Positions 11,616 through 21,164 of a DNA stretch of 28,045 bases are shown piece by piece. Location of the stretch: contig NW_021832319.1 of assembly GCF_006345805.1 (NCBI RefSeq), forward strand, positions 1 to 28,045. The letters run 5' to 3'. A model generated the notes under the pieces. The model saw only the letters and a program-made list of their open reading frames with translations. It ran no database searches and had not been told where the DNA came from. The position numbers and the translations under genes are program-made. Numbering within the stretch: the stretch's first letter is position 1; each line of letters starts with the position of its first letter. This DNA comes from Octopus sinensis. Taxonomy: Eukaryota.

Positions 11616-13457
11616 TTATTTATTCTTCATTTTCGCGATTCCCCAAAAAATCGACACTCGGTCGCGAGTTTCTGATCGATTGTGAGACTTCTACAAATAA
11701 AAGCGAGGCTCAACCATGTGTACAATCACAAAAAACTGCACAAAAATTGATGTAAATAGGGACAAAACGACGTATATAAAAAAAGATATAAACAAGATCT
11801 GATACATGTCCGAAAATAATCTGAAGCGTGAATCCTCCGTTGACATCATAGTATCATTAATTATATCCCCGTTCATTATTGCAAAAAGAGAAATAGCGGA
11901 TGAGTAGAGAGTTTCAAACTAAAAATAATTGACAAAACTAGCCTTTTCATTATAGGGATGAAGAACTATCAACCCACAAAATACAAAGCCCATATACACA
12001 ATGATTATGCAGGACATGAAACGGAGGACCAAGAGGGTCGACCTAGTCAGAGTCATCATCAGGATCTTAAAATTATTTAAGCATAATATACGTTAAAACC
12101 CGAAAAGAAACTAAGATAGCGAAGGAGACCAGTCCAAATGAGAAGAATGTTAATTCCATAAGCAATCGCGAGATAAGGAGAATAAAATTGCTAAAAAATA
12201 AGCTACAGAAGAACGTGAATTTGAGTAATATAAATTCCAGTGACAACAATATTACTTATGTCAGTGAAAATAATTATGAAATTCCATATGTCGAAGTATA
12301 TTGATAATTCCGAATACGACAAACTTTCTCCCTCTATGCGAGAAAAGTAAGAATTTGTAATCTTGGCCAAATAAATGGATTTTAACACAGAACGGACACA
12401 TGTGATGAGAGATATAAAACTCACCAATAATGCCAACGAAGATACTATAAGGTGCACCGTACGGGTATAATTGAAGACTATGGTTGAGATATGACACTTA
12501 CAAAAATATCCATAAGAACGACGTTGTGCCGAACTATCAATTTTGTAAGCTTCGTTCAAGTTTGATCGAATTATGTTGACCTAAAAAGTAATTAAATAAT
12601 ATTACATTGTATTTAATTTGCTCATTCACGATGTGCTCTGAGTTATTCATCCAAGTTGTTGACATCGACATTAATTCCATTGTAAGACTTATTTTGAAGG
12701 TTCTTTAATATTCACTTTTTATCCTTACTTGGATAATAATACATTGTCAGTAAATTTTGTTATTTTTGAAACGTCAAAAGTAGTCATATTGGACAATATA
12801 TCAATTTCCTCACATACTTGAATTCATTCATAAATTAAATCAACCCCATTTAAAACTGACTTTCAAGAAATTGTTCTCTAAGTCTAATTTTGTGTTTTTA
12901 TCATCGATATGATAATAATTTAGACAAATTAGAACAGGAAAAAGATTGTTCGAGTTCAGTTTTAGGGATTATAACCAATCAATGAGTCGTTTCCAATACT
13001 GATATACTATGAATACTCAATCAAATAGTTTGTCACTTTATTTAATGTGAAATTGATATTATTCAACATTTGAGGTAGGCTCATCACAAATGGCAAATGT
13101 TCATGGCAATAAGACGGATGTTTAACAAAATCTTGGATAAAGTAACGATCAAGCGTTAAAGTCGGAATATTCGCCAGTCGAGATTGACCATAAATATAAA
13201 TCTACAATATTAAATAATTTACTTGAACAGTGAAGATTATACTTTGGCCAGTTGTGCAAACATTTTTATAGGAAGCTTTCGCTTTTCATTCCATTTTCCC
13301 ACCGGATCTTTTAAATAGTATGAAGCATAGGTCTTAAACTCATCAATATCTTCATTTAAACAATTTTTTTCTTCTAATTAGAGATATTGCACGATTAGCT
13401 CACCGCCGGGCAGTCCAATGAATGCTACGTTTTTTTGTGTTTTTTTTGACTTGACAT
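11616..13457 (-). CDS. MCOLN: Mucolipin / TRPML cation channel, 12 exons, ~520 aa after repairing three 1-nt deletions
   Basis: Introns: 13374-13403, 13202-13222, 13007-13036, 12817-12844, 12703-12728, 12581-12605, 12478-12501, 12191-12214, 12066-12091, 11919-11942 (GC-AG), 11691-11714. The spliced product has YYLKDPVGKWNEKRKLPIK, ICLNYYH, ITCVRSVLKS, WTGLLRYLSFFSGFN|ILMMTL, GFVFCGLIVLHPYNEK|FETL, SLFAIMNGD and FISFFIYVVLSLF, all mucolipin hallmarks. Frameshifts near 13443, 13241 and 12966; repaired length is 1563 nt, divisible by 3. Confidence 0.93.
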
Positions 13458-13925
13458 ATTTTTATATTAGTAAGCGACTAATGGAATTTGAATTTTATTA
13501 TAAATAAATTGAATTTAGTTATTTTTATTTTATGTATCTTTTTATTAAAAATTAATCTCATCACTTCAATTTTTGAATTAGATTTTATAAGAAGGTGTAG
13601 AAGAAAAAGCTTTCTCGATGGTCAAATATTCGCCTTTTAAAAAAATATAGTTTTAATAAAAATTCGCCCTTCTATGTGAATGAGAATAGAAAACGAAACC
13701 ACTTGTGAATTTATAACACTCGAGTTATTGTATGGGCGAAGAGTGGATACTGATTGGGGATATGTACTCTAAAAATTTAGCGAAAACAAAAACTTAATTA
13801 TTGATTTATTCAGACGCAACCAATTTGCACCAATTTCATGTGACCTAAATTTTAAATTCCTATTTTTTGGCTGTCAAAAGAAAACCGAGATAGAAAGAAC
13901 AGATGAAGTCTGTTGAGGAATTTCA

Positions 13926-13976
13926 CAAAACAGAAAAATTTACTCAAAACAGAAAAATTTACTCAAAACAGAAAAT
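13926..13976 (+). repeat. Tandem repeat, 19-bp unit x2.6
   Basis: caaaacagaaaaatttact at 13926-13944 and 13945-13963, then partial caaaacagaaaat. Confidence 0.9.
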
Positions 13977-14149
13977 CCCAAATACTGCCGGAGTACATTC
14001 AAAAATTGTCTTTAAAAATAGACTTACGCTGAAACTCAAAAAATCATAGGATTCCCTAGACAGAACTTTAATGAGTGAAAGAATAAATGCCATTTCCAAA
14101 TCACTTTGTTATACGACTTAAATCGGAAAAGAACGTGCTTTGTTAAGAC

Positions 14150-14620
14150 AATCGAATATACTACATCCAAAACATCCCACATTTTAGACAGCTTATAACA
14201 AAGTAACTAGAACTCAAACGAAGGCTGAAGTAATTTGCCTGCAACTTCCGGGAGGATCCCTGTCCAGTCAAGAGGCGACAACCGAACTTGCAACTGTTCT
14301 TGAAGCAAATCCATCTGCCTCCTTACTAGAGCCTCCTTCTGTAACCTACACACGCATATTGAGACCCTGAAAGCAATAAGGACAGCCAAAAATGTGTCCC
14401 CAGAGTATGACAAAATTCCAATGGCCTGTTTCAAGCTGCCGTCTCTACTTACAAACCTTTTCAATTCCAGCCTACAGAGATAATACGTTCCAAAATCATA
14501 AAAAACTGAAGTTCGGATGGTTTGAAAACCTAAAAAACCTAAAGAAAAAGTCTTAAGCTATAGCCCTATAAGCCTAATTTGCTCTACATCAAAGATAAAG
14601 AAGAGTTAAAACTTTTAGAA
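14150..14620 (+). mobile_element. Jockey/I-like LINE RT N-terminal remnant, copy 1
   Basis: AIRTAKNVSPEYDKIP..LLTNLFNSSL..KPKKPKEKVLSYSPISL matches SPGxD..LFN..KP.K..SYRPISL; alignable at DNA level to 27435-27665. Confidence 0.7.
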
Positions 14621-14640
14621 TCATTATCGTTAATGACAAT

Positions 14641-14811
14641 TTTTTTTTTTTTTTGGAAGCAAGAAAGAAATTAAAGATAGCTAAGTTAATTAAAGGCCTC
14701 ACGAGACACCCGACCAGCCTCGCGAATGGCGAAGCCGTTCCCTCGGATCACTGCAATCGACAGACGTTCCAGGAGCCAAGAAAACTCTCTTGGATCGTGA
14801 CTAGTCCTTGA
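14641..14811 (-). mobile_element. 5'-truncated CRE-clade retrotransposon 3' end with poly(A) tail and TSD
   Basis: Reverse strand encodes SRTSHDPREFSWLLERLSIAVIRGNGFAIREAGRVSREAFN*, then a short UTR and an A15 tail (T-run 14640-14654). Flanked by aatgacaat at 14632-14640 and 14812-14820. Confidence 0.88.
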
Positions 14812-14925
14812 AATGACAATTATGACACACTTAAAAAAAGCTATTAATGCATTGAAAGACAATTTTTCAAATGCTTTACTTCGCGATATATTTACCGGTT
14901 TCCCTTTTTTACTAACAATTTAGAT

Positions 14926-17113
14926 CAGAGGTTTCCAAATGGGGAGGCGCGCCTCCCTAGGGAGGCGTTGACTCGTGTCAAGGGAGGCGCGAAAAGTATT
15001 TCAGAAACATTTTTTAGAAAATTATATCTATGTAAAAAACGTGACTATATTCCGATAATAAGAGTTATTAATTTAAAAATTATATTTTTCAAAAATTTAT
15101 TTAATTTATTAGACAATTAAATAATTTTAACACATGAATAAATTCTTGAGTGGTTGCAAAAGAAAATTCACGAATAATAAAGATTTTGACGATGGTTCAA
15201 AAAATCAAAATGATTGGAATATAATCAATACCACTCCAAAGACAAGAAAATACTTTCCATCTTACTTATTGTTAGGATTCACACGTATCTTTGTTGATTC
15301 TATGGAAAAACCCCTCTGTTGCTTTGCCTCAAAACACTTGCAGCAGATAGTATGAGGCCATGCAAATTAAGAAGACATTTTGAAACGATGCATTCTGAAC
15401 ATGTCCATAAGTCTGAAGAATTTTTTAAAAGAAAATTAGAAGAGTTTGATAACCAAACGAAATCGTTAAAAATACTTGTTTCTGTCTCTTCAAATGCTTT
15501 ACTAGCATCGTACAAAGTTTCTTACAGGATTGCAAAATGCAAGAAACCGCACAATATCGGAGAAACTCTAGTTTTGCCAGCAGCTATCGATATGGTTGAA
15601 GCAATGTTTGGCGAATCCTATGCAAAACAATTACAGCAAATACCGCTTGCTGATAACACAGTCGCTAGAAGAATTGATGACATATCTGAAGATCTTTGTG
15701 ATCAGTTGGTTTCTCGACTACGTAACTGTAAATTGCTATACAAGTTGATGAGGGAGCTGACATAAATAAAAATGCACATTTAATTGCATATGTCAGATAT
15801 GCTGAAGAAAGTACAATAATAGAAGATCTATTATTCTGCAAACCATTTCCTGGAAGGAGCACGGCCAATGAAATTTTTATATAATTGATACTTTTTTGAA
15901 GAAAATAACATAGAATGGATCAATGTGTTGGACTTTGTACAGACGGAGCACAGTCAATGTCAGGAAATAAATCTGGTCTTCAAGCTCTTGTAAAAAACAG
16001 AGCACCAGAAATTATCTGGACGCACTGCATGCTGCACAGATCAGCACTTGTCTCAAAGAATATGAGTCCAGAACTGAACGATATTTTGCGCAAATTACAA
16101 AAGTTATAAACTACATAAAACACAGTCCTTTAAGAGCTAAGCTTTTTGCAAAGCTGTGTGAAGATATGGATTCAAAATATACATCGCTTTTATACTATTG
16201 TGAGGTACGCTGGCTATCTCGTGCAAAAGTGATTAGAAGGGTGTTTGAACTCAAAGATCAAGTTGCAGATTTTCTTGATGAAAATGATATTGAAGATGCA
16301 AAGTTGTTCAGGGATGATGACTTTATTGTCAAATTTGCCTATTTAGTTGACATTTTTGGGAAATTGAGTATATTGAATAAATCAATGCAGGGACCACAAC
16401 TACATTTATTCTCTCAAAAGGACAAAATAAAAGCATTTATGAAAAAATTGGTATTATGGAAATCAAATATACAAAAAAATATCTATGACATGTTTCCACT
16501 TTTAAACACCTTTTGCGCCATAGTGAACATTGAAGCAAACAAAGACATATTTGCTGAACATTTGGATTGTTTGTTGAAGCATTTTGCTCACTATTTTAAA
16601 GATCTCGACTGTAAAATGTTCGAATGGATACAGAATCCATTTATTGATGAAGAAGATAATCAATTTGCATTGACAACTTTTGAAAAAGAAAAATTGATAG
16701 AATTGTCATGCGATACATTATTGAAACAAAAATTGAGAGAGAACCGCTAATTTCTTTTTGGTTGAATGTAAGAACGGAATATGAAATTTTGTCGAATAAA
16801 GCAATGAAAGTTTTGTTGCCATTTGCTACTTCATATTTATGCGAAACTGGATTTTCTGCACTAGCTGCAATAAATCTAAATATCGAACTTGTTTAGTAGT
16901 GACTAATGAGCTAAGAGTAGCACTCTCTGCGATGACACCAAGATTTGAAAAACTTTGCGCCAAGATGGAAAAAAAATTATCTCATTAACTTTTTGTTTTA
17001 AAAATTGTTTTTGATAAAATAATAATTGTATTATATTATGGAATATAAAGGGAGGCGCAAGATTGTACTTTTTCTCTAAGGGAGGCGCGTAAAAAAAAGC
17101 TTGGAAACCTCTG
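14926..17113 (+). mobile_element. Full-length Buster-subfamily hAT DNA transposon (2188 bp)
   Basis: TIRs cagaggtttccaa (14926) and ttggaaacctctg (ends 17113). Perfect 8-bp TSD atttagat (14918-14925, 17114-17121) with central TA. Subterminal gggaggcg repeats at both ends. Confidence 0.96.
15134..16988 (+). CDS. Buster hAT transposase (BED finger + DDE), ~620 aa after repairing eight 1-nt deletions
   Basis: BED finger CLLC..LRRHFETMH; catalytic IQVDE, CTDGA and LCETGFS; CxxH motif HCMLH. No in-frame stops after repair; (1855+8)/3 = 621 codons. Confidence 0.9.
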
Positions 17114-17349
17114 ATTTAGATGATGACGATGGCAAGAAAATCTGAATTTTCGGATTCAGCATTGCCATCGAGTTATCGAGGCACATGGATGTTTTTGACA
17201 ATCTGATCTAAAAAAAATAATAAAAGTATGTAGTATTTTTAATTTGCAAGTTTTCTATTTAACTTAAAGTACAAAATTAATAACAGATTGTCAGAGAAGC
17301 ATTCAGAAATTGTTTTAAGAATTGGTCCCTGCATGTTAATGAAGAAAAG

Positions 17350-17720
17350 ACCGAACATATAAGAACCGCAAAGGAATTAATACTAGCCAGTGCAAGAAAA
17401 TGCACAAAATATGGAGTCTACCAAAGTTAATCAAAACAAAAGTACGAATAAGGTTATAAAACTTGTATATAATGCTGGTACTTGTGTACATCTCGAGTAC
17501 ATGGGGAGTCACTAAGTTAGAACTCAAGAAAATGGACACATTTAATCGAAAACTATTACACAATTTACTCGGCCTAGAAGGTCTTTAACAAGAAATTGTA
17601 TTCTATGATACAATCGGTTCCAATAAGTACTGATATTGTCGAATCGAGATGGAGGCTATTTGGTCATGTACTTAGAATGGATATAAACACTCCCGCAAAC
17701 ATTATAACGATTCCAAGCAG
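17350..17720 (+). mobile_element. RTE-clade LINE C-terminal remnant
   Basis: KIWSLPKLIKTKVRIRL..VYISSTWGVTKLELKKMDTFNRKLL and PISTDIVESRWRLFGHVLRMD. Confidence 0.75.
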
Positions 17721-18399
17721 ACCTTATAAAATATTTAAAATGAAATGTAAACTTCCATAATGGAGCTATTTTAATATGGCCTTGCAACGGGGCTGTGAGT
17801 ATACTGACAACACAGATCAAGGCAACAGTGAACAAAGCTACCAAATACAATTAAACGTGGCAATTTTAAGAAGTTTTAGTTAAAACATTTTTGCAGATAT
17901 TTGAAATTAAACAGCAATTTTAGTTTGCAATTTTTCGGACTATATTGGTTTGATATAAAATAACTTCACTGAATGGAAAAAAGATGGATGTAAACTTTAA
18001 TTCAATAGTTCACGTCATTCTCTCTGTGATAATATGGACGGACTGCTCAGAAATTGCAAAAAAATGACTAATCATGAAAGAATCATTTTTTTCGGATTTA
18101 AATATGGTTCTTGTTTTAGTTTTTGATTAGTTTTTCTTATTTGTTAACAATACTCTCATTATTATATTTGTTTAGCATGGAATTAGTTTGGATCAAAAAA
18201 CGTGTTTCTATGCTATTTGAAGTTAATCTTTTAATAGTGACAATATTATAAGACGAATAGCTTATCAGGTCACTACATGTTTAGTGAACCGCTTGTTTTC
18301 ATTTTTTCATACAAATTTCTGGCAAAGGAGCAAAATTTTAAAACGAAAAATGATTTCTTATAATCCAAGTTTCTGAAAAATTATCGCCCTTTTTTAGTT

Positions 18400-18703
18400 C
18401 TAAATTTGGTCATCAGTCACAAATTCGCAGATTGATGTCATAAATTTCAGACTATGATTGGATATGACTATTAGATGTGTAAGTTCAAGTGACCCTTCTA
18501 TTTTTGAGCAGCCTTGGTAGAGCTTTCTATAATATTCGAGACGGTCTATTCCCCGAAAACTCGATAGCCCATTGGTAATAAAATAAAACACTGCCTCTTG
18601 GATAATAGAATTTACTTTTACTGTTTGCTTCTGAAATGAGCAAAGACAAGAGTAAAGGTGTAATTGTAAAAATATAACTAAGCAGAGTAGAAAACTAATT
18701 CAT
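18400..18703 (-). pseudogene. EGFR/ERBB-like signal peptide + receptor L-domain fragment
   Basis: ATG at 18703, TAG at codon 3, hydrophobic leader, 25-nt intron (18591-18615), then TNGLSSFRGIDRLEYYRKLYQGCSKIEGSLELTHL..SLKFMTSICE, resembling ERBB2 LYQGCQVVQGNLELTYL..SLSFLQDIQE. No intact continuation found. Confidence 0.68.
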
Positions 18704-19284
18704 ATATACTTATACTTCAATTTGACAAAATTCCTATAAAACTTACGGCCGATCATAAAATTAGTGACTCGGGGTCAGATAATTAGCTACATATTGAAAA
18801 ATGTCAATAATCAATTTCATTTTAAATTGTTTAATTTATAGGCAATATTTTTATAAACTTGAAATTAATCTGATAATTCATACTTATTCCACAAAACATC
18901 CCATTTTGTGGTCCAAATGCACTTTTAAATTGTACTTTGGACATATTCAAGTGTCTTTGTCATTAAGAAATTGGTTCAATTAGTTAATCAAACGGCCATA
19001 ATTATATTTCCATATCTTTTGAATATTCTAAAAGATTATTTATATCACTCCTAGAGACCAATAAGCTTTAATTGTTCACAATTTGTATTAATTATGAGCT
19101 TACTAATTATCTAGAATCATTCAATTTTATTTTTTGAAAATCAGCTGAGAACAAGAAGGAAGTGTCAAAATTCAGTTGAGAAAGTCACAGTTTAGTACGG
19201 AGAGGATTTGAATCATAAAACGAAATAATGGAATATTGCAAGAAGATTCGTAGTCTTTACAGCGGTTTTTCTAAGTTATATAGT

Positions 19285-19600
19285 GTTTTCAGAGCTTTAA
19301 CATCGAAAGTGCAAGCATTAGTGTTGACACATCAAGCAAAGTGTTAATGCAACCAGCATTAGTGTCGAAGGTTTAAAAAATCGAAATTTTATTCATTAAT
19401 TTTTTACTTTCTGTTTGGCAAAGGAAACATATTTGAGCATTTTTCGATGAAAAGAGTCATAATGTTCGATCGTTATTTCATTCATCTTTTCACATATAAC
19501 ATTTTTCAACTCTATTTCGCTGTTGAAGCCATGTGCTTCATAGACCTCGGTATTAAAGAAAAATGACAAAAATTCATGCATAGTTGATTCCACTCCACCA
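19285..19600 (-). mobile_element. Tc1/IS630-like transposase C-terminal remnant plus terminal repeat region
   Basis: NSEIELKNVICEKMNEITIEHYDSFHRKMLKYV resembles Tc1 C-termini. 19285-19368 carries cattagtg direct repeats shared in inverted orientation with 23405-23486. Confidence 0.5.
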
Positions 19601-19624
19601 AACAAGAATTCAGCAACTAAAGGC

Positions 19625-20250
19625 AATCAATACTCTTTGCAATCGTTTTTTGGCAACATTATCCCGTTTACGCGTGACTTATTCTTCTTTGCCAACTTCA
19701 CTGGCTTAAGGAAAACCGATGGATGAGTTTGCCCCATCGCTGTTGGCATTACTTTAGGACGCTATCTGCTAAGATTGTTTGCAGGCTTGTCTATTCTGAT
19801 CTTGAGCCATTTTTCGAGCCTGTTCAACTTGGAGTTTCTGTTAGGAACGGATGTGAGGCTGTTGCTCATGCCTCAAGATATTATATAACCAGTGCTTCAG
19901 CTGCTTCTTGCTCTGAAAGAGGACTCCTCAAACTCGATATAAAAAACGCCTTCGGCTACATCTGTCGGAACCACTTCCTTCAAGTTTATAACGACAATTA
20001 TCATATTTTGTACCTCTTAGCTCTCACTGTGCAAAATCTGAATTAGTTAGCCTCAACCTTGTTAATGAACGCTTTGGCCATCTACTATCGTCCTTCCGCA
20101 CTAGCCTTGGTCAAGTACAGACGACTGATATCAACGATCTCCGGATTCTCGGATCCCCCATTCTTTCAACCGGTATAAAGACTAATCTTCGTATTAAACA
20201 TTCGACACTCATTCGTTTGTTGGATTGCTTTACAACTTTGGACAGCCACA
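19625..20250 (+). mobile_element. CRE-clade retrotransposon RT remnant
   Basis: FANFTGLRKTDG*VCPIAVGITL, LSAKIVC, PVQLGVSVRNGCEAVAHA, LKLDIKNAF and LRILGSPI; frameshifts, a stop and deletions. Confidence 0.85.
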
Positions 20251-20329
20251 TCAATGAAAAGTACTGTCGAAGAAGATTGTAGTTAAATTCGACGATCGAA
20301 AGCTTGTAGAGTAAAACGTTTCTACAAAA

Positions 20330-20721
20330 GATAACAAAAGAGAAACCACCAATAACGTAGACCGCATAGTCCATGTGCAGTCTGGAGCGTAAGAATCTGT
20401 TCTCGTTACGGGTCATTATCGATCAAGTAACGCAGATGACCTATGATCACCTGGATTTTTTACGAAAAGTTCTTTATTTCAAAATCTGTGGCAAAGTTGA
20501 ATGTCGGGAATCCGCAACTAAGTTTGATCGAAGGACCCACACAAGCTTACAATCAGTCAGTGATTATCCGAAAAACACTGGAGAGTATTTATACAGAAAA
20601 TAAGTTTAGAATGATCCCGCCGAGAGAACGCCAAAAGTCGCGGTTTACAAATATAACAACGGAGAAAGCTTTGCCGAGTGTGCCTATTGAGTCAAACTTG
20701 AGATTAAAAACTTTATCCTAA
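20330..20721 (+). mobile_element. R4/Dong-like retrotransposon RLE C-terminal remnant
   Basis: MITW....QAYNQSVIIRKTLESI matches the terminal ITW..AYIQSxVxxKTLESI motif; same family type as 10650-11265. Confidence 0.65.
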
Positions 20722-21164
20722 CCATTTTGTTTAAAAAATTGAAATGACTTAAAAAATTTGTTTAAAAATCTAAAAAGTTGACATAATTGACCAAAAAACT
20801 TTATAGAAACTTTTTTTAGCATTTTTATAAATTAATCAAGGCAGTAATAGACATTAATTGAAAAATAATTTTATTTGGATTTTTATTTTTCAATTTTTGT
20901 GAAAAATTGAATGTAATACTTTTCTAAAAGAAAGTAAAGCATCTAATGAATTGTCCAAAAAATGTATTTAAGAATGCAGCTTAATTCTATTCAAAATAAT
21001 AAATTTTATGTTCGATGATACTTTTTAGACTTCGAGAGACTTTTATAAAATTTTTACAGAATTTAATTTGTCTGGTAAAACCAACACTGCTAAAATAGCA
21101 AGTAATAGTTGAAATTAATTAAGACCAAAAAAGGAAAATAAAATTAAAGTTAACGTAGAATCGG

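Noticed and set aside
11616-13457. Calling mucolipin a pseudogene
   Set aside because: There are no nonsense substitutions, splice sites are intact, and only three repairable -1 deletions exist, of the same type as in the Buster ORF.
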